A stretch of 62,520 nt of DNA, the filler included, from Circinaria calcarea (Eukaryota): assembly GCA_051942165.1 (NCBI GenBank). It is 21 parts of 21 records of this genome, joined end to end, with 100 filler letters (N's around TTAATTAATTAA, not from the genome) between each part and the next. Parts side by side here need not be neighbours in the genome. Positions count along the whole stretch, not along the records: positions 11,983 to 14,873 come from JAVECS010003185.1; positions 14,974 to 17,862 come from JAVECS010003186.1; positions 17,963 to 20,849 come from JAVECS010003187.1; positions 20,950 to 23,834 come from JAVECS010003188.1; positions 23,935 to 26,817 come from JAVECS010003189.1; 16 more parts are not named here. The stretch is one strand, 5' to 3'. This document shows, piece by piece, positions 12,839-23,965 of this stretch. Position 1 is the stretch's first letter; every line of letters begins with the position of its first letter. The notes beneath the pieces were generated by a model. The model was not told where the DNA came from. It was given only the letters and a program-made list of their open reading frames with translations, and did no database searches. The translations under genes were made by a program, and so were the position numbers.

Positions 12839-13787
12839 ATGCTCCCCCCCAACTACTCTACTCTCCCCTACCGCGTCGGCATTGACATCTGCTCCATCGC
12901 ACGCATTCGTGCCATTATCGATAAAGACGCTGGTCAAGGGCAGTATCTGCGAAGATGGGGCAGCAAAGTTTTCAATCGGTTAGAATGGGTTTGCGAGGGG
13001 GGCTTCGGGAAGAGAATGGAGGCGTATGAGGGTTGGGTATGTAGTTGGATCAATTCGCGTATAGAGTTCGGAAAGATGGGATGAAGGTTGACGATATGGC
13101 ATAGAAGGGTTATGATATCAGTGCTAAACATAGGAGTTCGAAGCTGTTTGCGCAGTGGTTGGCTGGCAGGTACTCTCTCCCTTTCACCCTTTCCCTCTTG
13201 CAGCTACGCTGCTAACATTCTCCTCGGGGACTTCCAGATGGGCAGCCAAAGAAGCAGCCATAAAAGCCTATTCCCGCCGCAGACTCCATCCACGCGACAT
13301 CTCCATCCTCCCTCCTCTTCCCACAACCTCTGGCCCCACGGTAAACAAACCCATCGCGCTCATCGATCCTCCAAGAAGAATAGTGAAAATGAGCAGGGAC
13401 GTTGCAAGGATACGAGGTCTCACCGACGGCATCAACGCAAGTCGGAGCTCCAATCCAGAGAAATCCAGCACATTAACCGGAGCATGGGCACGCTGGAACC
13501 ATGACTCCACCTCCATTACCACCCCATCACCTTCCCCAACTCGCTCATCCAAAACCCCATCTTCTCGGCCTACTAATCTGAAACCCTCCACCCGCTTCCT
13601 TGCCCTTCAATCCTCAGATCGGCAGGTGGTAGATATAAGTATCAGCCACGAAGAAGACTACGCCATGGCCGTCTGTCTCGCACCATCGGACCTTACCGAG
13701 GACCCAGTGGCAGAGTTACAGGCGATAATCGATCATGGCTCCGGAGAAGCGATTCATGAACCCGAGCTCGGGGATCGAGACTTTTAA
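12839..13787 (+). CDS. AcpS-type 4'-phosphopantetheinyl transferase (holo-ACP synthase; PptB/Ppt2-like)
   Basis: N-terminal LPYRVGIDICSIARI, WLAG|intron|RWAAKEAAIKA and C-terminal ISISHEEDYAMAVC motifs. Two introns inferred (~13037-13131 and ~13170-13238). Confidence 0.85.
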
Positions 13788-14609
13788 TAGAGAGTGAGGA
13801 GAGAGTGAGAAACAACGCTGCAAAAATGATGTTCTATTTTCTATATCCACATGACGGCTACTATGTATCATGTCTATATGTAAACTTCCACTAATTCCTT
13901 TTACCATGCTTGCCAAAATAAACCGAGTTATCAAATAGCAAATATCTCGAGCTCAAACTGAACCTTCAGCTTTCACACACCGTCACATTGGCAATCTTCA
14001 CCTAATAAAAAACCGTTCTAACTTGGTCCACTCAGACTTTCTTGCCCCTCCATAGCTCAGCCGACTCTTTCCGCCTCCAATCTCCACTCCGTCTTCCTCG
14101 TTCCAAATACTTACCTACCCCTCAAGGCCTCCATCTATATCACCTATTACCTAAACCCCCCCCAAAGGATATCCCCTCCCTTCCTCTCTCCCTTCCAAAC
14201 ACAAAGAACAAAACCTCCAATCTCCAATCCCCAATCCCCAATCCCCACTCCCCACCGCTTCCCCTTCCGCTTCTTTACCGCTCTTAGCATATCCGCCGAG
14301 GTATTTCTTCGGCAGTTGGGGGAGGAGTAAGGAGAGAGGGAGGTAGGAAGAATAGGGTTGGAAGAGAGAAGAGCGAAGACGGAAGAAAGGATGGCAGGAT
14401 CTCTCTTAAAATTTTCTTCAGCTTTGGACGATTCGGTCTTGCCATGCCTTCTTCTGCTTCCTTCCCTCTCTCTAGTAATGTATACACGTGTATATACGTA
14501 CCAACCAAACCAACCCCCCACCCGGGGGGCGGGTGGAAGAGAGAGGGGAACCCACGCTAAACAGCCACAGCCCGCGTGCTAGTAGAGAGGAGGTCTAGTA
14601 GCTAGAATC

Positions 14610-14673
14610 AAAGCAGAAAAGCAGAAAAGCAGAAAAGCACAAAAGCACAAAAGCACAAAAGCAGAAAAGCAGA
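14610..14673. repeat. 8-bp tandem repeat AAAAGCA(G/C) x ~8
   Basis: Directly visible. Confidence 0.85.
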
Positions 14674-14973
14674 ACTTTGTAACGTGAGCTCGAGACCTCC
14701 CCCTCCCCCTCTGGGGCTCTGCCCCCAAAGGTACTCCCAGTTCGCACAGTTCCAACGCTACTCCCGGTTCGTAGTATCGCAAAGGGGGGCGGAATTGATT
14801 CTGGAAACCCCCGCATGGGGCACCCCAGGCTGAGGGGGATTGAAAAAGGAAAAGGAAGAGGGTGGTTTGGGGGNNNNNNNNNNNNNNNNNNNNNNNNNNN
14901 NNNNNNNNNNNNNNNNNTTAATTAATTAANNNNNNNNNNNNNNNNNNNNNNNNNNNNNNNNNNNNNNNNNNNN

Positions 14974-15950
14974 GCCTCCGTGGACGTCTCATGAACGAGC
15001 GAAAGTGGAGCAACAGTGGTAGAGTCCGATGGAGCGGTTTTGATTCGTTTACGGGAGGCGTTCTGGTTCTCTCGCGATTCCGAAGAGACAAGGCTGGTGG
15101 AAGAGGCAACGGTGGCAATTGTGGGTGTTTTGCTTGAAGATGATGAGTCGGAGCCGGTTTTGTGAGTTCGCTCGTGTTGTTTCATGTTATCTTTCCTGGT
15201 GAACGCCTTATCGCATGTTGGACAGTGAATGTTCTTCTCACCGGTGTGCTTTTTCCCGTGACGGGCGGCATGACCCGATGTGGTGAAGGTATCGGCGCAA
15301 CTGTAGATCTGCGCGTGCGGGCAAGGATACTTTTTCTTGATGGATGACTTTGGGTTGGATGAGGTGGCGACGGTAGGCGTGGCCGGACCCGCGGCAGCAG
15401 GGATCGCAGTGAGGGGACTCTGCAAACCCGACTGCGGTGAGATGGGCGTAACCAGCTCAGAGGGTGGAAAGGCAAAATGGGTTTGTATTTGCGCTTCGTT
15501 CAGTGACGGGTAGGGTTCTTCCATCAGCAAGTCGTTCGCCTGACGCAAGGCAAGGTTGTAGTACGGCTGGGATGCCGCGTCCTGCATCTGCGGCATCGGC
15601 GCGTAATAGGGGCCATTCGGACGATAATACGGGTCTCGAGACGGGGTGACTGTCTTGGTCTGGTCCAACGGCTCGAAGGTGTAGTTGGGCGTCATTGGAG
15701 ATGGGGTGTGGAGGGTTCCTTGCGACGAGGTCGAGTCGAAGCGAGACAGTTGCGGGGTTGCGGTCGCCGAAAAAGTGGGCGACGGTTTTGTACTGGTAAG
15801 AGGAGAGTTGGATTCGTCCCTTGACATCTGTGTCGAACAGCTTGATTTGCGGGAATAAGAATGGCTCTTGGGTCGTGGGTATGAGAAGTAAGTCGGAGGC
15901 TCGTCGTTGAGTAACGAGACCTTCCGCCCGGAGGCATTGGTGACCTCCAT
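14974..15950 (-). CDS. C2H2 zinc-finger transcription factor, NRG1/CSP-1-like, 3'-partial
   Basis: ATG at 15950 (MEVTNASGRKVSLLND) and an S/P/T-rich N-terminus. Two fingers, YPCPHAQIYSCADTFTTSGHAARHGKKHTGEKNIHCPTCDKAFTRKDNMKQHERTH, carry the FTTSGH..RH signature of the Nrg1 family. Confidence 0.85.
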
Positions 15951-17963
15951 CGGACAATCCGGACGCGATCGAAACCGCGCAGACCTGCAGAACTCCTTCG
16001 TTTCCAATATCGACCCGGCGACGATGATAGTTTTCTGAAGAGACCACGATGCGAATACCAAATGAGGATTATTAATAATACAAGTTATTCCTTTGCCCAG
16101 ACGGAATCCAAACGGGCGTGGGCTTTTTGCCGTACCAGCACGGGTATGGATTGACTGCAGGGTCCTCGAGAGCCTTGCGTAACCGTTTGGAGAGAGTCAG
16201 CAGCATCCAAGCGCTGCGACAGGACCGGACTGGGAGCTGAAGCTGAAGCTGAAGCTGACGATGAGCGGATATTGGAGCGGGTTAACGGGGCACAATCCGA
16301 GTGCTGGAAGGGAGGCAACGGTCGTGGAGGAGCAAGCAGAGCACCGGCGGGATCTGGCCGGACGGGGTGAGGGCTTTAATGTGGGCGGTATCAATGCAGT
16401 GAGGTAGGCAAGATGTAATGGAGGGTCCTCGAGTCCCTGCCTCAATGACCACGCCCTGCCTTCAGGGGATCGATCTTCTCATTCTTCCCCTTCTACTGTG
16501 TATCTCTGCCTCTCCCACAGGATCCGGGTACGATGCGGCGATATGATTGGCCGCAAGGGGTGCCGGAGCTTCCCCCGCTTCACCCTGCCCTCGACGGCCG
16601 CCTCCTGGGGACGATTTCCGTCAATCAGATCAGTCGGCTCAGCCTTTTACGGGGATAGCTCCATTAGTCTAAATGGAAGGAGGGGAGCCCGAGTCGAATG
16701 GAGCCTGTCCCCTCGTTTCTTGTCTGGCTTGGCCTTCCTGCCGTCCCTGAGATCATGGCAACCTTGGGGCAAATCGCATCTGACATCCGCTCGACCCCTA
16801 CTCTGCCGCCACTCGAGATTTCAGTCTCCCTCCTTGGGTAATCCGTCACTTCCTCTTCTTTCGCCATCAACATCATCCCGACTACATGCTGCGAGATGTC
16901 GGGCTGTATGGATGTAACCCTGGGTTCGCCTTTTTCCACGTCCAGATGGAACCGTATACTTGTGTTCCGTCATCCGGACCTTCCTATCATCCTGATAACG
17001 AACAAAAAGGGAATGTGATGTGTTCCCTTGGGATGAGGAACAGGCTGACGCAGGGCGGGAGATCTACCACGGCTTGCTTCAACGGAAGAATCTTCCTGTC
17101 GAAAAAATGGGACTCTGTATTCCACCAAGAGACGGCTTGGCTAGACCCTTAGTTGTACGGGCCTACTGCTGCATCGTCGACTATCGTCGAAGCTCTACTG
17201 TATGCAGCATTAGGCAACTACACTTTAGGAAAGTGGGTAAATCGCTACGACGGTCTTGCAGGGGGTTCCGCTGCTCAAAGAGGCCCTCTGCACGTTCAAG
17301 ATGAAGTCTTTACCTGTTCATTCCGGAACGTCAGTCCTACCAATCAGAGGTAGGGCTGGGTTCTGCGATCGCTTGCTCCCATAGCGTGCCGTCCGACTAC
17401 TGTAAGTTGCTTACCGATCCACCGGTATTGTGGCTGAGGACGGGATTCTTGACAACCCCATGCTTGGAAAGACGATTGCCATTAGTGTCCTTGAGATTGT
17501 GATGGCGAAAGGGCCTGTCCACGTTGTGTGGGTGGGCTCATACCCACGATAATATTAGCCTTGTAGTCGTGGACGATGTAACGTACCCATGGCACTCAAT
17601 GGTTCGAAAAAAGCCGGAAAACAGATGACGTGAAGGGGGTCCGGCCAGTCGAGGGGAAATCGACGATCTACGGAGTGGATGTTTAATAAACCTTTACCTT
17701 TCCTCAGCCCCTGTGACTTGCAAGCGGCCGGTTTTGGTGATCAAAGAAAAGAAAGGGTCTAAATCGGACTAAAACCGGACTAACATCCGTAGAATCTCGA
17801 TCTCACGCGAACACGTCGATCCATCCTGGTCCGCATATCAGGCCCTGCATTTGAGCATTTCTNNNNNNNNNNNNNNNNNNNNNNNNNNNNNNNNNNNNNN
17901 NNNNNNTTAATTAATTAANNNNNNNNNNNNNNNNNNNNNNNNNNNNNNNNNNNNNNNNNNNNC

Positions 17964-18446
17964 TGTCTCTCCTGCCAGTACCCTTACCACGACGGCAAGA
18001 CGTGTGAGCAATACCAAGACACGCTCACCGGTAATGCCGCCTTCCAGGAATGGAAGGCCCAAAACGGCGTCAAGGACTGCCCGAAATGCGCGGTACCGAT
18101 TCAGAAGGGCGCCGGCTGCAACCACACGCAGTGCTGGGCCTGCTCAATCCATTTCTGCTGGACCTGTCTGCGCATGTTCGAAGACGGCGGGGAAACCTAC
18201 AAGCACATGACCGAGGCGCACGGGGGTTTCTTTGATCGGGAGGCAGGAGAGAGAGTGCGGCTACCGGTGGATGCCGAGTTCTTTGCTGCTGCCAGGTTCG
18301 GAGCTGCTTGGTACCGGGCGCCGGTGGCACGTATGCAGGGAAGAGGAGCAATCGAAGTGGTGCCTGAGCGTGAACATGTGAGGAGAATGGGGGCTCTTGC
18401 GGCCTTGAGGGAATTTGAAGGGGGATTGGGAGCTTTTAGGAGGTAG
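17964..18446 (+). CDS. RBR-type E3 ubiquitin ligase C-terminus (end of IBR + RING2), 5'-partial
   Basis: Manual translation from the contig edge: CLSCQYPYHDGKTCEQY...KDCPKCAVPIQKGAGCNHTQCWACSIHFCWTC. GCNH includes the catalytic Cys. Continues in frame into ORF 18174-18446. Confidence 0.88.
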   Translation, partial: CLSCQYPYHDGKTCEQYQDTLTGNAAFQEWKAQNGVKDCPKCAVPIQKGAGCNHTQCWACSIHFCWTCLRMFEDGGETYKHMTEAHGGFFDREAGERVRLPVDAEFFAAARFGAAWYRAPVARMQGRGAIEVVPEREHVRRMGALAALREFEGGLGAFRR

Positions 18447-18684
18447 AGAGGGAGCCGGCCAGCGAGGTACAACGCCATGATATTGTGCTGTTGGGCTCTC
18501 TTGTTATAATTGTGACTGGTTGCTACTCCAGGTACTCTTCGGTTATCAATGGACGGTGCGTTAATGGTTGCCAGGCTTTAGACGTCTGAGCATGTCTGTT
18601 TGATGCAAGCGGATCTAAGCTGTGTAAGTTACAAGATACTTAAGTAGTAGAACCGTCTAGTTATAAATGTATACATCCGCGCCG

Positions 18685-19594
18685 TTAAACCGTCAAATAA
18701 GCCCTTCCTACCTCCGTTATAACCCCCTGCTGATACAAGATCGTATTAGGCTGATTGATATTATCCGACAGCGCGAACCACGCATACCTCTCCACGTACG
18801 GCAGGCTCTGCAGCATCTTTGTCGCACTGGCTGCAAATTCCGCCTGCACCGCCAGCAACGGAATCCTCCACTGGTCCGGTGCTGCTCCGTGGCTATAATC
18901 CACCATTGCGTACTCGGTTATCCAGATGGCCAAGTGGAATTGATTATGGTAGACTTCGATATACGCGCAGAAATTCGCGACACCGGCGGTGACGTTGAAC
19001 GTAGAGCTATAGTAGTGCAAGGCAATGAAGTCGAGGGGGTACTCTCTCTTGCGGAGGGCAACCATGAAGTCGAAAAACCAGTTACCCGGGACGAAGTGGG
19101 TGTTCAGTTTTCCTGGTGCGGGGATCCGATCCTCAGGTCAGTTCTAAGGAGGAATGGGTAGAGCCTGATTGCTTCGTCAACCGAGATGCCCTCTAGATCT
19201 GGCTCGTTGTAATTGAGGATGTGTTTGTACGCGGAGCCGGCTGCCTTGATTGAGGCGAAGGCAGCGGGGGTGTTGAATTTTCTGCTGCCGATCATGGGGA
19301 CGAATTCAACACCGGAGGGGAGAGGGGATTTGTATTCTGGGGTTGGCCCCTAGTTGTAGGTCCAGAAGACTTTCTGTTCGAGCATGTTTGCGGTGTCATT
19401 AATGGCCCACCATGAGCCGACGCCTTTTCCGCTTTGGGTGCGGTCATGGTGATGAGGGACGTACCTGGCAGACGGAAATTGGAATTAGATAGAGGGTCGG
19501 GGCTGGTGAAATGTCTGGGATGCTGACGTTGAGCTACTGCCAGAGCTGGGAGAAACGTAACAGCCCAGGCTAGAAAAAGACGATGGATATACAT
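18685..19594 (-). pseudogene. Disrupted secreted GH128 beta-1,3-glucanase (Glyco_hydro_cc) gene
   Basis: Signal peptide MYIHRLFLAWAVTFLPALAVA. Motifs KGVGSW, WTYN*G, VEFVPMI, NYNEPD, LRIGSP, DFIALHYY, IWITEYA and VERYAWFAL are split across frames, with an in-frame TAG at 19350-19352 and a frameshift near 19120. Confidence 0.8.
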
Positions 19595-21184
19595 AGTGAA
19601 GACTTTTAGGAGATGCTCAATCGGCAAGAGCTTTAATGATAAGAAATATAGGTTGACCAAGGGAAAAGAGCAGTATATAAAGAAGATACTGCTGATGAAG
19701 CGTATACCGAAGGACGTAGTAACTTCGGAGAGACTCAACAAGGGAAGTCAACAAAGAACGAAATTTTAATAGGTGGGAGGATGATAGACCCTCTTACAAG
19801 ACTTCAACTGCATACATAAATTGGTCCAGAAGGGACCTTGAATGATAGTATATAGTCATTCCGTCCTCCTTCGTCAGGTCTTCTTGGCCCGGTCATGGTA
19901 TTCATCGCCTTAATTGGTAGCCGTAGACTACCGCAGCCCTAGCCCCATTCAGTCATCATACAAGATAGAGCTGGCCGCATAAAGCAAACGCTTCAAAGGT
20001 TACTAGGGGTTTTATTCCGCGTTCCTACCGCATTCCTTGAAACAAGAAACCGCTGCAACGGCATTACCGCTCCTCTCACGGCTCGGCGGCTCGGTTGCAC
20101 AAGTTTTGGATTACGTTGCGAAACTTATCTGTATGACTCAGGTTTGGCCTGTATGTCCGAGCAACAAGAGTGAATGGGATAGCAGAGAAAATTCCATGAA
20201 AGGATGGTAACTATTTTGAACTCGCAATGTCTGTCTGCTGCTAAATTCACACTGAGAAAGAAAGGCTCGGAGATTGCAAGGAAAATCTCACAATGAAGTT
20301 TAACGCCGCACCAGTAAAATGATCATCAAAGGTGATTCGGAATTCAGACGTATATAGCAAATCCTTAGGTTTGGACGTGAAGAACGTTACCGTACTTTAG
20401 GACTCAGGAGCTTACCCCAGATCTCAGCCCTACCAAACCGTGGCGCTTATGAATATTCGTGAGGAGACAAGGTGCCATTACTGGGACCATTTGCACCACT
20501 TTTCTCAAGTCATGCCAATATCGATATCTTCGCATATGCAAATGTATGCATACCTCGATAAAAGGTAGTCATTTCAACTCATTATAGGCCAAATGAATCC
20601 AACCATCTCCATACCGCGGCAACATGGAAGTTCCCCGAATTTTGGGGGCACCACTGCCAACAGCCGTTCAGATGGACTACGGATGCCACGGTTCTTCAAG
20701 CGGTAAGCCTTCTATAGCATAAGACTGCAAAGTGTCGCCCTTGAACCAGCCTGAAGATTGCTGACCTAGGTGATTTTCATACTAGCTTATTCAAGTTCCC
20801 GCAGATGGATTTCGAGATGGCTATAAGGGAGATGAAAGACCTCATGATTNNNNNNNNNNNNNNNNNNNNNNNNNNNNNNNNNNNNNNNNNNNNTTAATTA
20901 ATTAANNNNNNNNNNNNNNNNNNNNNNNNNNNNNNNNNNNNNNNNNNNNATATAATTCCATAATAAAATCCATATATATAAACTAATAGTTATCATAATT
21001 AATATAATTTATTCCATTTTGTATTACTTTTATTATTTTATAATTATTTAATTATTTAATTCAATTATTTATTTTATTAATATGTTAAAATATGGCGGGA
21101 TATTTTAAGCACGGGGAAGTATGCTCGGGAATTTATATCTCCGCCGCCGAATTTTTCATTTTCATCCCGAATTCCCCATCCTCT

Positions 21185-22455
21185 ACTGCGGATGCATTTC
21201 TTATTCGATTTTTGATATTTCGACGGCGTTGGAATGCACCATTAGAGCCCTTGGAAATGCACTGAATAGATTTTTTTCATGGTAGTGGGGTATTGCAATG
21301 CGCCGTGGTGGGAATTCTGCCGGGCACCCTGCGCGCTGATGTAGGATTCCGCCGCGAAACATGCTATATCAATGCGAATTCCCGAACTCCTATTGCGCAC
21401 GCAATTTTGCGTCGAATTTCAAAACCGAAACGGCATTCGAATGCGCTCAATTGGCTCTTTCAATTGCACTTACTAGAATTGTTTTATAGTGGTGGGGTAT
21501 TGTAATGCGCGGTGCCTGCCAATTGCATACTATGAAGCCTTCCGATCGCTTCGGAATTGAAGCGAAACCGCCGGAATGGGAAATTCGGCAGCAAATAGCG
21601 CTATTCCACTATAAATTCCCCAACGGTCATTGCGCACGCAGTCTCTCTTCGATTCATAAAAATTTAACGGTGTTGGAATGCGCCGATTGAGCTCTTTCAA
21701 ATACACTTATTAGAATTTCATTATAGTAATGGGGTATTGCAATGCGCGCTGCATATTGAATTGTATACTATTATTCCACCGAAGCGAAACCGCAGCATTC
21801 CGATTCAATCGGGTCGGAAGCGAAGCCGCCGGAATATATGCCTTGGCAGCGAATTTCATTATGAATTCCCCAACGGCCATTGCGCACGCAATTCCTCTAC
21901 GATTTTCAATACTGAAACGGCGCTGGAATGCGCCGAATAAGCTCTTTAAAATGCACTTACTAGAATTTCTTCATAGTGGTGGAGCATTGCAATGCGCCGT
22001 GCATTCGAATTATATACTACGGCATACTATTCCGAAATTCCGATTCAATCGGAAGAGAAGCGACGCAGCCGGAATATCTGGCTTGGCAGCGAATAGTGCC
22101 ATTTCACTGCATAATCCCCAACTGCCATTGCGCACGCAATTCTCATTCGATTTTCAAAATTTTGACGGTGTTGGAATGCGCTCAATGAGCTCTACAAAAT
22201 GCGCTTACTAGAATTGTATCATAGTGCTGGCGCATTGCAATACGCGGTGCTGGGAATAATGCCCGGCACGTTGCGCCCAACTCATGATTCCGCAGCAAAA
22301 CATGCGATACTATTATAAAATCCCAATACACCACTACATACGCAATTCTCGTGCGATTTTCAATATTTTAACGGCGTTGGAATGCGCTTGAAGAGCTCTA
22401 CGAAATGCACTTATTAGAATTCGATTATAATACTGTCGCATTGCAATGCGCCGTG
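21185..22455. repeat. Diverged tandem array: six ~123-bp conserved cores separated by two spacer types
   Basis: Cores start at 21185, 21392, 21629, 21879, 22127 and 22333 (periods 207, 237, 250, 248, 206). Consensus ATTGCGCACGCAATT..CGATTTTCAA..ACGGYGTTGGAATGCGC..GAGCTCT..AAATGCACTTAYTAGAATT..ATAGTGGTGGGGYATTGCAATGCGCCGTG. Confidence 0.92.
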
Positions 22456-23965
22456 CACATGAAAGTGCCTGTGGTATTGCGCCGAAATGCGAAGATTCTA
22501 ATTATAATCACGAGCATTCGCCCGTTTTCGCAGTTGAATATCACGAAATTTCAAATAACTTTCTCCCATTCGCTCTGTTTGAATTCAGCTGATACAGGGC
22601 TTTCCAATGCACTCAAAATTTCGAAAAATGATCGAGGAATTATTTCTTAATAGATCGCGATTAAATGCGTTCCGACTCAATCGAATAGAAAATCGCTAGC
22701 GTGTGCATATAGTGCTAGCGCAAACTTTAAATTTGGGCGCCATTCGAGTCAAATGGGACGGACAAATATTAATAAAAAGAATATTAGGGTGGTATTCTTG
22801 GCAGAGTATTATTAGGGAGGATATTAGGTTCGTAGGGGTTCTCGGGTAGAGCCCCTTATAGAGATCACACGATCCGCCCGCCAAAGCTGTTCCCTTGCCT
22901 CCGTGCAGCTGTAATCATCCAATCCGGCCTTCCCACGTATATACATGCCGATCCTTCAGAGATTAATACAAATCACACGGCCATCCAGCTTAACGTACTT
23001 AAGCAGACGCCAGCTGCATGCCCGTGAGGCAGTTTTTCAATTAGCCAGAAATCAACGCAACAGCATTACCGACGGGGTCTGCCTAAAACCTTATCACATC
23101 TTCAGGGAGATGAGCTGGTGATTCGACGTCGAGAGTAACAGGTGTATGCAGTATGCTTTATATTTATTATATATTAGCTAATACGATGATCTCTAGAGAA
23201 AGGTAGGCTGTTATAAAAATTCGAGAGTATTACAGCTAGATGGCTAGATCGACAGTTTAGGCAAAGATATTTATGGCGTTCAGCTTTGGTCGGGGTCCAG
23301 GAGGCATAGTGTAGGTAGCGTTAAGCAGAAAGGGTGGACAATGAATAATAAAAGAGGTCGTAGGATACATTATCATGAAAGAGAATATTAATTGAGAACC
23401 AAAGTATTGGCATAAGAGTTAACCATTCACAATCTCGGAAAGGGCTCGAGTGTATAGCCGCAGTGGTTTTGGATCTTTGGTGGAAAATAGAAAGACCGGT
23501 AACTAGATAAGATCGCCTAATACATACTCCTAAACTACCATAATGTACTCATCTTAATATAAGCTAGTAATAAATCTTTTGTCTGTCGAATATTCTCTTC
23601 CAAGATTTTCCTCTCGTTTCATCAGCTGTCCAATTAGGCTTTAATGGCAGCATTATGAAATAAGAGGGAGGGTTACACAATTGAGGGGGAACCCCACTAG
23701 CTTATAAACTTGGAATGTGGTTCAAGAGGGTGCTTGCAATTGATTTGTAGGAAAGGGGCAAGTCAAAAGAGGTGGAGGGGAGTAATGGGAGGGCTAGCTA
23801 TAGTAGTATCCTATAAAGAATATAACACGTTTATNNNNNNNNNNNNNNNNNNNNNNNNNNNNNNNNNNNNNNNNNNNNTTAATTAATTAANNNNNNNNNN
23901 NNNNNNNNNNNNNNNNNNNNNNNNNNNNNNNNNNAATCCATTTATACCACAATAGCCCCAAGCAT

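Noticed and set aside
20290..20849. Possible spliced gene fragment near the contig end
   Set aside because: Frames are interrupted by stops and no family was recognised; too weak to call.
21185..22455. CRISPR-like repeat-spacer array, or a repeat-protein gene
   Set aside because: The repeats are ~123 bp and diverged, the spacers are homologous to each other, there are no cas genes, and the context is eukaryotic. Short ORFs switch frame and contain stops between units.
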